From Candidatus Hydrogenedentota bacterium (GTDB lineage: Bacteria; Hydrogenedentota; Hydrogenedentia; Hydrogenedentales; SLHB01), in the NCBI GenBank assembly GCA_045863295.1, contig BTWA01000037.1, positions 1 through 59,449 on the forward strand: DNA of 59,449 nucleotides, read 5' to 3'. The notes below the pieces were generated by a model, which was not told the DNA's origin, searched no databases, and worked only from the letters and a program-made list of their open reading frames with translations. The position numbers were made by a program, and so were the translations under genes. Numbering within the stretch: the stretch's first letter is position 1; the number at the start of each line of letters is the position of its first letter. Of this stretch, positions 47,549-57,918 are shown one piece after another.

Positions 47549-47638
47549 TTACTTCTCCATCAGCGAGACGACCAGCGGTGCAAACAGGGCGACAGTACAA
47601 GCGCTCGTCAGCACCAAGGTCAACAGAATCGTCTTCAT
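47549..47638 (-). CDS. Small hydrophobic peptide, 29 aa: MKTILLTLVLTSACTVALFAPLVVSLMEK
   Basis: Translated by hand; TAAGGA SD 9 nt before the ATG; near-consensus promoter upstream. Confidence 0.7.
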   Translation of the reverse strand: MKTILLTLVLTSACTVALFAPLVVSLMEK

Positions 47639-47688
47639 CGATCTGCATCCTTATATGCCCGGCACTACCGTATCTTTGCTCCATCCCC

Positions 47689-47717
47689 AAACTATCACTT
47701 GCCGACGAGATTGTCAA
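47689..47717 (-). promoter_or_regulatory. sigma70 promoter of the 29-aa peptide gene
   Basis: Minus strand TTGACA-N17-TAGTTT with TGn extension. Confidence 0.7.
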
Positions 47718-48016
47718 GCGAAAATTCGCTTATTTGGCGTTTTCTTCAATTTTTTGTGTTTCTAAAAAACCGTAAGGTTCGCAGGAAATCCATTAAATCG
47801 AATTAATTGAAGACTCGGTATCCCCATCTAGTGGCCTAATTTCTTCGGATTCAATCTGTAGTATGCTTTGAATTGAGTTAATTGTTGACAACATGACGCG
47901 GGATGCCCGTGCCACCGCGCCACGTTTAAAAGCGAGCACAAAGGCTTGCCTGAAACACAAAAAGCACGCTATAACCATAGTCGGGTGCTGAAACAACTCT
48001 TCAGGAGAATCTCACA

Positions 48017-48757
48017 ATGCCGTTCCGTACCAGCAATCCCGCGATGAGGCCCCTTGCAGACAGTTCGCTCGCCAGCTATGACGCGGCACGAATGACCGTG
48101 CAAGGCACCGTGAACAAGACCGGTATACTACTGGTACTTGTGGTGGGTGCGGCCGGCTTTGTATGGAGCCGGATGAACAACGGCAATCCCGAGGCCATGT
48201 ACCCTTGGATAATCGGAGGAATGATAGGCGGCCTCATCGTGGGACTTGCCACGTCATTCAAACCAGGCTGGGCGCCCGTCACCGCGCCCATATACGCGGT
48301 ACTGGAAGGCTTGTTTATCGGCGGCCTTTCCGCGGTAATGAACGCCCAGTTTCAAGGAATCGTCCTGCCCGCCGTCGTGCTGACCTTTGGCGTCATGTTC
48401 GTGATGCTGGCCTTGTACACGACTGGAATCATCAAAGTCACCGAGAGATTTAAGATGGGCGTGATCGCGGCCACTGGCGCTGTCATGCTGTTCTACCTCG
48501 TAAACTTCCTCCTCAGCTTCGCCGGCTGGAATTTTGGATTCGTGCACCAGGGAGGCGTTGTGGGCATTGGGTTCAGTCTGTTCGTTGTGGGATTGGCGGC
48601 GCTGAATCTCGTGCTCGACTTCGCGTTTATCGATGAAGCCGCGGAGTCCGGCGCGCCGAAGACGATGGAATGGTATGGCGCATTCGCCCTTTTAGTGACG
48701 CTGGTTTGGTTGTACATCGAGATTCTCAGGTTGCTTGCCAAATTCCAACGCAGGTAA
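48017..48757 (+). CDS. Bax inhibitor-1/YccA-family membrane protein
   Basis: RTSNP, MTVQGTVNKT, YAVLEG, NLVLDF, APKTMEWYGAF...TLVWLYIEILRLL; AGGAG SD. Confidence 0.92.
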   Translation: MPFRTSNPAMRPLADSSLASYDAARMTVQGTVNKTGILLVLVVGAAGFVWSRMNNGNPEAMYPWIIGGMIGGLIVGLATSFKPGWAPVTAPIYAVLEGLFIGGLSAVMNAQFQGIVLPAVVLTFGVMFVMLALYTTGIIKVTERFKMGVIAATGAVMLFYLVNFLLSFAGWNFGFVHQGGVVGIGFSLFVVGLAALNLVLDFAFIDEAAESGAPKTMEWYGAFALLVTLVWLYIEILRLLAKFQRR

Positions 48758-48778
48758 GCGAACCGGCCGGTTGTTCAG

Positions 48779-48811
48779 GGTCTCCACGGTTTCCCCCGGC
48801 GGAGACCTTTT
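48779..48811 (+). terminator. Putative intrinsic terminator
   Basis: GGTCTCC...GGAGACC stem followed by TTTT. Confidence 0.5.
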
Positions 48812-49025
48812 CTACTTTACCGTTGCGGCCGATCCGGGCAAGCCGATGGCAGTAATTCCATCGATTGGGAATTGCGGACTGTGCAAAAGTCGTATTCCAC
48901 AAGATCTCGCCGTGCCCGGTTTAAGCAGCGGAGTGATTCATCGAAGCCTAACGTGATTTCACGGCATTACCCTGTTATTCTGATGGTAGTCCGTGGAACT
49001 ATAGTGTATATCTGCAGTAGCCTTC

Positions 49026-50906
49026 ATGCCGGATCAGGTCGGCAAAAGGCACGTAAATGCGAGTGACAGCATGAGTCTGTGCGGGTCTTATTTGGAGGAA
49101 TACGCGCAATCGCTCGGATGCGCCGCGGCAGAGGCCGCCGACGCCGAGCATGCCGAAGCCGCTCTGTGCGAAATCGCAAAGCAACTCGCCCAGTGCACAA
49201 CGTCTGGCGCTCCACTAAACCTCGATCCGCTTTACCAATCGGATTTGACACCCTCACAAACCGGGCGGCTGGTGCGCGTGCTCGAAGTGCAATGTATCGA
49301 GCTCTTGCGCAGGAAGTGCCCCGCAGACGAATTTGCGGAAAACGTACTCACGCTCCGGCGCATAATTCAGCTTACGTTGCCCCCCAACGACGAGTGCCGG
49401 AAAGGCGTTGCCGTTTACCGGCAATTAATTCACGGCGACAGCGAGATCAACACGGCCGAAGCCCGGCGGTTTCAAAGTCTGCTCGCTGGCATGATGAAGA
49501 CAACCCCCAATCTCGTCTACTTGCATGACTTGAACGGCAATCTCTTCTACCTCAACGATTTTGGTCTCGAAATGGTCGGATACAGCCGGGAAGACGTCTC
49601 CTCCGGATTGTCCGTACACGATTTTGTCGTCCCCGACTATGTGGACCTCGTTGAATCCCGTATGGTCTCTTCGCGCAAAAAAGTCGCGCCGTTCAGCATT
49701 GAAATCTACGCGAAGAACGGAGAACGCATCCCCGTCGAAATCATTACCCGGATCGTCCGTGACGATACGCTCATGCAGGATCTTGTCTTGGGAATTGCCC
49801 GGGATCTTCGATTGGAGCGGCGACTGCAAAACGATATCGCCCGAGCCCATACCATTCTCGACGCCGTTATGAACTATGCCCCCATTGGCATCGTGGTAGC
49901 CGACGAATCTTTTGCGATTGTCGAAGCCAATGCCGCTGCCGCCGATCTGGCAGGCGCACCGTCCGTTCACGCCCTGGTCGGGGTCCACATGGCCGACCTG
50001 CTGGATCAACCTCACGAAGAAACCGTGAAATGGTTGCAGTGCGTTGCGGATGGGGGAGGCGAGTACAGGGAAACCTTTTCACTGCGTTCCCGCTTTGGAC
50101 ACCCATTCGCGTGTACCTGCATGGCGGCTCCATTAAAGCACGTGGACGGAGCCCGAAGCGGACTGGTACTGATGCTCTCGACCGCCGCACCCGAATCCAC
50201 CGGCGAACGAATTCAGGATGCGGAAATCAACCTCAATTCACTCGGAAATGTCGTTGGCCGCATTGCCCACGAACTGAACAATCCTCTCACCGGCATCATC
50301 GGCTATTCGGAAGTCTTGCGGCAGTTGTCGGATGATCCCAAGTTTCGCACGCGTCTGGATCATATACTGGAAGAATCACACCGCTGCCGCAGAATTATTG
50401 AAAGCCTGCAAGCCTTTGTCGATCGCGGCGAACGAAAACACGTGGTTCTGGATTTGAACAGTCTTCTGGATGATTCCCTCTCGCTCATCCAGTATCAGCT
50501 TTCAGTGAATCGCATTGCACTGGAGTTGAACAAGGCATCCGATCTGCCCACCATTGCAGGACCCCGATTGGAAATGCAACGGGCCGTATTGAACGTCCTG
50601 GTTAATGCCCAACAGTCGCTCAGAAAAGTCTCCGACCGGCAACGAATTCTCCGTATCGAGACCCGGAAAAAAGACGACGAATTTGTCGAACTCGTCATAG
50701 AGGACAACGGCGCAGGCATTTCGCCCAATTTCATCGAACGGGTATTCGAACCGTTTTTTACTACTCGCGACATTGGCGAAGGAATGGGCCTGGGATTGAG
50801 CATTTCATACGCTGTGCTGCGCGACTGCGGCGGGACGATTCGTTGCGAGCGGGCCGAACCGCAAGGGGCGCGATTCATACTGTCTTTCATGTGCGCCAAA
50901 GATTAG
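49026..50906 (+). CDS. Cytoplasmic PAS-PAS sensor histidine kinase (start may be 49071)
   Basis: Two PAS domains; H-box IAHELNNPL; N-box NVLVNA; DNGAGI; FEPFFTT; GMGLGLS. Confidence 0.93.
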   Translation: MPDQVGKRHVNASDSMSLCGSYLEEYAQSLGCAAAEAADAEHAEAALCEIAKQLAQCTTSGAPLNLDPLYQSDLTPSQTGRLVRVLEVQCIELLRRKCPADEFAENVLTLRRIIQLTLPPNDECRKGVAVYRQLIHGDSEINTAEARRFQSLLAGMMKTTPNLVYLHDLNGNLFYLNDFGLEMVGYSREDVSSGLSVHDFVVPDYVDLVESRMVSSRKKVAPFSIEIYAKNGERIPVEIITRIVRDDTLMQDLVLGIARDLRLERRLQNDIARAHTILDAVMNYAPIGIVVADESFAIVEANAAAADLAGAPSVHALVGVHMADLLDQPHEETVKWLQCVADGGGEYRETFSLRSRFGHPFACTCMAAPLKHVDGARSGLVLMLSTAAPESTGERIQDAEINLNSLGNVVGRIAHELNNPLTGIIGYSEVLRQLSDDPKFRTRLDHILEESHRCRRIIESLQAFVDRGERKHVVLDLNSLLDDSLSLIQYQLSVNRIALELNKASDLPTIAGPRLEMQRAVLNVLVNAQQSLRKVSDRQRILRIETRKKDDEFVELVIEDNGAGISPNFIERVFEPFFTTRDIGEGMGLGLSISYAVLRDCGGTIRCERAEPQGARFILSFMCAKD

Positions 50907-50939
50907 ACGGCCGAAGCCCCATACCTTAGAACCTGGTTT

Positions 50940-51968
50940 ATGCCACCTATTCTCCCAACTCCCGACGAACGATTCAGCGCCATAACAACCCTGTCGCTGG
51001 ATCGGCTCTGCACAGATTTCTCCGTACTGACCGACCCCCAACGAATTCGGCGGCGATGGGCCAACGTTACACCGCTGGAAATTGGCCAAAGCCGCGCCCA
51101 CATTCCAATGCTCGCATGTGAGGTCGGCGAAGGGCCCGAAATAGTCTCGGTAATTGCGGGTTGCCATGCGGATGAGCCCATTGGCCCTTTGACCGCATTG
51201 GCATTGCCCGATATTTTATCCCTCAATTTCCCAGGACTGCTCGATCGCTATACGTTTCGAATTATACCGCAAATGAACCCGGACGGCGCCCAACGCAATG
51301 CCGTGTGGTATGCAAACCCACCGGCCTTCGCTCCCTATTGGAAAACGGTCACACGGGAACTACCGGGAGACGACATTGAGTTCGGCTTTGGCGACGCTAC
51401 TTCCGTTCGCCCGGAGTGCGCCGCTGCAATGGCCTTCATGAGGGCCCGAGGTCCGGTTGCGGCCCACTTTTCACTTCACGGCCTGGCCATGGGCAGAGGA
51501 GCCTGGTTCCTGCTGGACCCCGCCTGGGTGTCGCGATCGGAACCGCTGATGGCCGACTTGGCCAGTCTGTGCGGCAGACTGAATGTGCCGTTGCACGACG
51601 AGCCAAGGGATGGGGCCAAGGGATTTGCCCGAATTCGCGAGGGATTTTGCACCACACCCAACTCGGCGGCCATGCGCGACCATTTCCTGCAACGGAATGA
51701 TCCGGACACCGCATCCCGATTTCACCCCAATTCGATGGAGTTTGCCCGGTCGCTGGGCGGCGACCCCTTTTGCGCCGTAAGCGAATTGCCCTTGTTTCTA
51801 TATGAAGGGAACGCGACCGGCACATACGCGGCGCTTAAAGCCGCCTTGAAAGAAGGCAATTCCCCAGAGGCCTTGGAACGAGACCATCCGGTCAAAGCAA
51901 TGCCCGTCGAATTACAGATGCGGCTCCAACTCGGACTCATTCTGCTCGCGCTGCATCACCTTCCGTAG
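50940..51968 (+). CDS. M14-family zinc carboxypeptidase-like protein
   Basis: AGCHADEP (HxxE), MNPDG, FSLHG. Confidence 0.8.
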   Translation: MPPILPTPDERFSAITTLSLDRLCTDFSVLTDPQRIRRRWANVTPLEIGQSRAHIPMLACEVGEGPEIVSVIAGCHADEPIGPLTALALPDILSLNFPGLLDRYTFRIIPQMNPDGAQRNAVWYANPPAFAPYWKTVTRELPGDDIEFGFGDATSVRPECAAAMAFMRARGPVAAHFSLHGLAMGRGAWFLLDPAWVSRSEPLMADLASLCGRLNVPLHDEPRDGAKGFARIREGFCTTPNSAAMRDHFLQRNDPDTASRFHPNSMEFARSLGGDPFCAVSELPLFLYEGNATGTYAALKAALKEGNSPEALERDHPVKAMPVELQMRLQLGLILLALHHLP

Positions 51969-53397
51969 TATCCGGTTTGGGTGGCCCCGGAATGTCGTCC
52001 AGATAAGGAATGACCGGACAGTTGCGGCAGGAAGGATTCGGTTCGCACCAGTCCTGATAGATCTGGATCAACCCTTGCTGGATTCGAAAATCCATGCGCG
52101 GCGGCGTGATGTCGCCGAAAAGGCGGGGCACCATGGTGTTGATGATCCGGCTGCTGGATTCCGCTGGCATCGCCGCAAAAAAACCGAATACCCGCTCTTC
52201 GCGAATGCGGTTCCGGGCCGACCGCGCATTGGCCAACGCCGCCGGCACAAACACGTTTCCAATAATGGAACGAACGCGATCTTGGCCAAGCAGGGCACAG
52301 GGCTTGGCAAAAGCCTTGCCTTGCCACGTTGCATGCTGAGGCCAGAATCCCAACGTGCCGGGAAAAATCGCTTCAAATCCCTTGCGCCGCTCCATCGGCG
52401 TCCCGTCGCCGCTCCAGATGCTCTCCAGCGCGCCCGCCAATCCCGGCGAGGCCGTGCGCGCAATCACACGAACCGCACCCGCCAACCGGCGCTCCGGAAA
52501 ATTGTTGGGTCGCACGCCCACCTTGGGCCAATCGACGTTGAGCTTACGCAGCCCCGAAAGGTGTCGTTGCCGCAATTCCGCGAGACGCAGAAAGTGGGGG
52601 GGAGGCTCGCCTGGAAAATCCCACTGCTCCGGCAACAGGCCCGCAATTTGAAACAGCGCGGCTTCCAGGATCATGGGATCTTGATGCGCAAGTTGTTGCG
52701 CACGTTCATAAGGAAGATGACGCGCGATCCGTTCAAAATTGTCCTTGTAGCGGCTATAACCACACGCTTTCATGAAGGATTCGTAGATCGCCTGATCTGG
52801 CCCAAACCTCGCAATGGCGTCCTGCAACTGTCTGGCCTTCTGCAGAAGGCGCCACTCGCCCGCCAATACAATAAAGCGAATGAGTTATTCCGAACCGTAG
52901 GCCTCGGCAATGGCCGCGCAATATCCGCTGGCGCTGTCCAACTCAAACGAAGCCGGATCAGGCGCAAGCCGGTCGGCCAACACCGCGATGTCCTCCTCAA
53001 GAAAATGGGACAGCAACAAACAAGGCACAGGTGTCGAACGATGGGTCAGCGCCGGTTCAACCGGCGGTTCGGATTGCATCAGCACATGCAGAATCACATC
53101 GTCATAACGCGGATCCGCATGGTGCCCGTGTTGCGTCCATTGCGCATGGGTAAAATGGACCTCGACATCCCCGGTCCGGGCTTTCCCACCAATCTCAATC
53201 TGGGCGTTCTTGAAGTCCGGTCCCTCGGCATGATTCCACCAACCCGGCGACAGGATTTTGATCGCGCGCCCGTCGGTAGTGCTCAGGCCTTCCTGCCGGA
53301 AGATCTGGTCGTACCAGACACACTGAATCACATGCTCGGTAATGGGAGCATCGCCTTCACGGGCGGCCCGAATCTGGCCATACACGTCAGAAAACAT
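51937..53397 (-). pseudogene. DUF2851-family gene interrupted by one in-frame TAA
   Basis: ORFs 52885-53502 and 51937-52866 share a frame; PG..N..EGPDF.NA, GDVEVH, HGHHADPRYDDVILHV, RPNNFPERRLA, terminal C...C..C; stop at 52887-52885. Confidence 0.8.
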
Positions 53398-53556
53398 CAC
53401 GGGGTCTCGTTGCCTTGCCAATCCTGATGCAATGCGAGTATACGCATGCCGCCGGGTAGTAAGCGAGGCATGCGCCAAGCGTGAGTTTGGGATGGCCCGC
53501 ACTCTCGATTACTATAAGCACCACTGAAGCCGGTAAGGAAACGGAGTTGCCGAAGA

Positions 53557-54540
53557 ATGGACTATGCACTGCTGGGACGGACAGGTGTAAAGGTATCCAA
53601 TATCTGCCTGGGTACCATGACCTTTGGCAATGAGGCAGACGAGGCCACCTCCCGCGCCATCATGGATCGGGCATTGGAATCGGGCATCAACTTCTTCGAC
53701 ACCGCGAATATTTACAACAAAGGCAAAACGGAAGAAATCGTTGGCCACTGGCTCACGCCGCATCGCGACGAAATCGTCCTGGCATCGAAGGTGTATTTTC
53801 CGGCGGGGGAGGGCATCAACGATCGGCGAAGCTCGCGCAGGCATATCACGATGGAGTTGGAAAATAGTCTAAAACGCCTCCGCACCGACCGGCTGGATAT
53901 CCTCTACCTGCACCATTGGGACGACGATACCGGCCTCGAACAATCTCTCGCCGCATTGGAAACATTGATGCAGCAGGGAAAAGTGCTCTACGGCGCCGTC
54001 TCCAACTTCGCCGCATGGCAAACCATGAAAGCCTTGGCCGTTGCAACGGCGCGCTCTTTTAATCCCATCGTGTGCATACAACCGCAATACAATTTCCTGA
54101 AGCGCCAAGCCGAAGTGGAAATCCTGCCCATGGCCCTGGCCGAAGGCTTGGGCGTCTGTCCCTACAGCCCGATTGCCGCGGGCGTACTGACCGGAAAATA
54201 TCTCGCCGGCGAAACGGGGCGCGTGCACGTGAACGCCATGTACAAAGAACGGTACAAGAATCCCGAGTATGCCGGCGTGGTCCAACGCTTTGTGGCTCGC
54301 GCGAATGAAATGGGGGTGAAGCCCGCCGCACTCGCCGTGGCCTGGGTGCGCAGCCACCCCGCCGTCACCTCCGCCATCATCGGCGCACGGAATCTGAACC
54401 AATTGGAAACCGCCCTCGAATCGGTGAGTATCGCCTTAACGTCCATCGAAAGGGAATCGATCAGCGCTCTCGGCATTACACCGCCCCTCGCCACGGATCG
54501 AGAGAACATGTCCGTAACGCAGACCGTTATAGGCCGGTGA
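53557..54540 (+). CDS. Aldo/keto reductase
   Basis: LGRTGVKVSNICLGTMTFG, DTANIY, SLKRLRTDRLDILYLH, YSPIAAG, IIGARN. Confidence 0.95.
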   Translation: MDYALLGRTGVKVSNICLGTMTFGNEADEATSRAIMDRALESGINFFDTANIYNKGKTEEIVGHWLTPHRDEIVLASKVYFPAGEGINDRRSSRRHITMELENSLKRLRTDRLDILYLHHWDDDTGLEQSLAALETLMQQGKVLYGAVSNFAAWQTMKALAVATARSFNPIVCIQPQYNFLKRQAEVEILPMALAEGLGVCPYSPIAAGVLTGKYLAGETGRVHVNAMYKERYKNPEYAGVVQRFVARANEMGVKPAALAVAWVRSHPAVTSAIIGARNLNQLETALESVSIALTSIERESISALGITPPLATDRENMSVTQTVIGR

Positions 54541-54551
54541 CACGTCGCTCC

Positions 54552-56222
54552 CTACGCTTCACTCGCGTGTTCGAGCGTGAAAGCCTTACCGGCCCCGGCC
54601 TTCAGCTTGAATTCCTCGACGTGGTGTATGGGCCGGCACAATAGGATGGAATGCCTAGGTGCGTCCCAATGAGGACACAACGTGGCAACCGCCGCTTCCT
54701 TTGCTTGCCAGCGCTTCAACCCTTCGATCCAAAGATCTACGTAGGCCTCGCGCAAACGTTTGCCCTCGCCGGGATCATTCGGCACCAGCCCCTTCTTGGG
54801 CACAAACGTGCTGCCGGCTGTAAACGTTTCGATAAGGCCCGTAATTCGCGACGCTTGCCTGACTCCAATCATCGCGCGAAACATCGCATCTCCTCCGTCG
54901 GTCATGTACTGCGGAATCTTCGATTCCAGTTCGTCACGCGTTTCAGTAACGGAAGTCGCAATATGATACGGGCGGAAATCGTATTCATCCGACGCCAGAT
55001 ACAGCACGCGAGTGCGCCACTTGCCGATGGTCAATATCAATTCCGAAACGCGACCCACGTGAAATTCCCGGATCGCATCCTTTCCCACCCCAAGCGCCAA
55101 GGCATGCGGTCCTGCGGCAACGACAACCCCCTCTAGGGTGCCCTTCGCGCACTTTCCTTCAATCCCCCTGGGCAGGGAATCAGGTTCCGGCAAAACAAAT
55201 TCGTCCCCCGGCACGATCCGAACCCGAGACTGTTCCTTGGCCTGGATCACGCGCGTAAGGGTGATGTGATGAAGTCGCAGCAGTGATAAACCCGTTACCG
55301 AATCCGCGGCCACGGCTCCCAGAAACAGGTTCGGATACCTCTCGCGAAGATCGCACAGACGATCGGGATACAGTAAATTGAACACGTGCGGACGATTTAC
55401 CGGACACGCGCCGCCCAGAAACAGCGCCTCGTGCGTGTCTCCCTCATTTTCGATCTGAAATCGTTGCCCACGGCGCAGCCCCAGTTCATCCCAGTGCCTT
55501 TCCGTCAGATTGACCACGTTGCCGCCCACCGCCCGTCCTTCAAAGACGCCGTCGCGAATACCAGCGATACGCAGACCATCGTACGTGGGCCGGCCGCTCC
55601 GCGCGGCCAGAATGGGCGCAATCTTCTTCGGCGGCGCGAGATCCGCGATCGGCGTCAGTGTGATGAACTCGCAACCGCCACTCCATTCCTGATCGTCGTC
55701 GAACGCGTCGAAATCCACCCGGTGAAGCGTCAACACATAATCGCCCGGCGGTATCGCGATTTCTCCACTCGTATCCGTCAAACCGAACGCCTTCAGGTTA
55801 TCGTCGGAAGGAGGTTTGCCGTGCTTGCGTTCGTAGGCCTTAGCGTGGTCCTGAGCCCACTGGGTCAGCCGGAATGTATTGGAAGAATCAATGCGAAGCC
55901 GACCGCTCGTGTTATGCAACAAAGCCTGAGATGGCTTGATCCATTTCACGCCGGACTTCTTCAACTCGCTCTTCGTCAACGGCGGCCCCACCACGACATC
56001 CACAACGAGTTCGTCGTCCTGAATCAACTCGTAGACCACAAGCATGCCGGACTCCGCCAACTTCTTCAGGGACTTGTCTTTCAACGGTTCGACGTTGCAG
56101 GTCTCCAGCACACTTCGCGGGTTGGCCTTCAGGATGTCCGGTCCATGCGCGGGATCGTAGAGGTACACATGGAACCCATCGTTGTACACACAAACCCGTT
56201 GAGTGCCCCGCCGGATAGTCAT
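54552..56222 (-). CDS. Hypothetical protein (~556 aa)
   Basis: Long ORF with normal composition; GGGAG upstream of ATG 56222; no family recognised. Confidence 0.75.
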   Translation of the reverse strand: MTIRRGTQRVCVYNDGFHVYLYDPAHGPDILKANPRSVLETCNVEPLKDKSLKKLAESGMLVVYELIQDDELVVDVVVGPPLTKSELKKSGVKWIKPSQALLHNTSGRLRIDSSNTFRLTQWAQDHAKAYERKHGKPPSDDNLKAFGLTDTSGEIAIPPGDYVLTLHRVDFDAFDDDQEWSGGCEFITLTPIADLAPPKKIAPILAARSGRPTYDGLRIAGIRDGVFEGRAVGGNVVNLTERHWDELGLRRGQRFQIENEGDTHEALFLGGACPVNRPHVFNLLYPDRLCDLRERYPNLFLGAVAADSVTGLSLLRLHHITLTRVIQAKEQSRVRIVPGDEFVLPEPDSLPRGIEGKCAKGTLEGVVVAAGPHALALGVGKDAIREFHVGRVSELILTIGKWRTRVLYLASDEYDFRPYHIATSVTETRDELESKIPQYMTDGGDAMFRAMIGVRQASRITGLIETFTAGSTFVPKKGLVPNDPGEGKRLREAYVDLWIEGLKRWQAKEAAVATLCPHWDAPRHSILLCRPIHHVEEFKLKAGAGKAFTLEHASEA

Positions 56223-56406
56223 TGATTCCAGCTCCCAACCCGTGTTTTGCATGAGTATACAATCGGCACGGCGAAAACGTGACGGCCATTGCGCATCTGC
56301 GCTTGCACGCCCCACCCACGAACTCGATGCCTGCAATTCCTGTCACGTTTCAAGTAATGTATCGCCGGAACGGATCCGCGTGGCCGTGGCCGTGGGGTGC
56401 TTTGGA

Positions 56407-57273
56407 TTGAAGCGTGAACTGATATTCCTGCTCAAGACGTCCAGACCCGGTTTCTGGGTCACATCCATGTGGTTTTACCTCTTGCCCCTCGGAGGCCGAT
56501 GGGTGTTCAACGAGATCGAATTCTGGCTCGGCCTGATATACGTCGGCTTCCCGCTGGGCCTGCTCATCTACGGTTGGAACGATTACGTCGATGCGGAAAC
56601 CGACCGCCTGAACCCGAGAAAAGGCACCTTCCTGTTCGGAGCAAAACCGAGCGACGAAGAATTAAAGCGAATCCCTTGGTGGATGGCAGCGGTGCAGACC
56701 CCGTTCTTCCTGGCCTTCGCGGCGACAATGGGAATCAAAGCGCTCGCCATCATCGCAGGACTCATCGGCTTCACCTGGCTCTACAATGCACGGCCGTTCG
56801 GATTCAAGAACTATCCCATCCTGGATCTTACCAACCAGACAGGCTACTTGCTCGTGTTCGTCCTCAGCAGTTGGATCAATCGCGTGCCCCAGGCCCCATG
56901 GCCCGTCTTCCTGTTCGGAGCCCTCTTCGCCATGCACTCCCACCTGCTCGGCGCCACCATGGACATCGAACCCGATCGCGCCGCGGGACGACGCACCACC
57001 GCCAACGTCGCCGGGCGAGTGAGGGCCAAGGGACTCATCGCGCTGTTCATCACATGCGAAGCAATGCTCGTGCACTTCGCCCTGGGCAATACCGCGCTCT
57101 CCATCGCCCTGACGGCCGCGGCCGTTGGGTTCGTCCTCGACGCCGTCCTGCTCCAACGCGACAACCCGTATCCCCCCGCACAATCCACCGCCTTCCTGAT
57201 GGGCTGGAACGTCGCCGCCATACTCTCCGCCCCATGGATTTGGCAAAACGGAGTCTTCGCAGCCCCAACGTGA
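56407..57273 (+). CDS. UbiA-family prenyltransferase (CrtEb-like)
   Basis: SRP.FW, YGWNDYVDAETDRLNPRKG, YN..P..FK..P.LD, MDIEPDRAAG..T.A; multiple TM segments. Confidence 0.88.
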   Translation: MKRELIFLLKTSRPGFWVTSMWFYLLPLGGRWVFNEIEFWLGLIYVGFPLGLLIYGWNDYVDAETDRLNPRKGTFLFGAKPSDEELKRIPWWMAAVQTPFFLAFAATMGIKALAIIAGLIGFTWLYNARPFGFKNYPILDLTNQTGYLLVFVLSSWINRVPQAPWPVFLFGALFAMHSHLLGATMDIEPDRAAGRRTTANVAGRVRAKGLIALFITCEAMLVHFALGNTALSIALTAAAVGFVLDAVLLQRDNPYPPAQSTAFLMGWNVAAILSAPWIWQNGVFAAPT

Positions 57274-57344
57274 CGCTCCGCGAGATTACTCCGCATTCCT
57301 ATCACCATCCGCATCCATCGGCGCCAATCTCCAGACGAAAAACC

Positions 57345-57653
57345 CCACCCGCCGCACGAACGCCGTTCCCACTCTGGCCTGCGGGAGCTTGCTCCCGCCT
57401 TACCCAAGGGAGCTTGCTCCCGCACAACCACCCAAAACCATCCCACCAAAAACCAGCCACCTCAAACACACACCCCCATACTCATCGGGGCTCATCCGTC
57501 GACGAACTCCACCCGCCGCACGAACGATCCGCTCCCACTATGGAGTGCGGAAGCTTGCTCCCGCCTTACCCAAGGGAGCTTGCTCCCGCACAACCACCCA
57601 AAACCGTCCCACCAAGAACCAGCCACCTCAAACACACACCCCCATACTCATCG
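57345..57653 (+). repeat. Tandem direct repeat (2 copies of ~144 bp, period 164 bp) with REP-like palindromes
   Basis: 57345-57487 and 57509-57653 are nearly identical; each carries AGCTTGCTCCCGC twice within GGGAGC/GCTCCC hairpins. Confidence 0.93.
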
Positions 57654-57918
57654 CCTCCCCTCAAATCGTCCCATCTGCGCCAATCCGCGCTCATCTGCGG
57701 ACGAAAACGGTCCTTGTGTTCACATCTCTCCGTGCACTTTGTGTCTCTGTGGTGAAAACGTCTTTTCCCTCGTTCCCGAATGCACCGCTTTGTCATTGGA
57801 CTTGATCGTCTGTCTGCCAAATCCCGGATTCACGCGGAAGCCGTCAACACAAAAGAGCGCCCTTCACCGCCCTCATTCAATTTTTGTCCTTTTCGTCCAT
57901 TCTGTCCATTGCTTCCTA

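Noticed and set aside
52075..53427. 450-aa plus-strand ORF
   Set aside because: Antisense to the DUF2851 gene; Arg-rich and without motifs.
57345..57653. CRISPR array
   Set aside because: Two long units whose intervening sequence is also duplicated; no cas genes.
56469..57805. 428-aa and 138-aa ORFs across ubiA and the repeats
   Set aside because: Off-frame reads through C-rich, stop-poor DNA.
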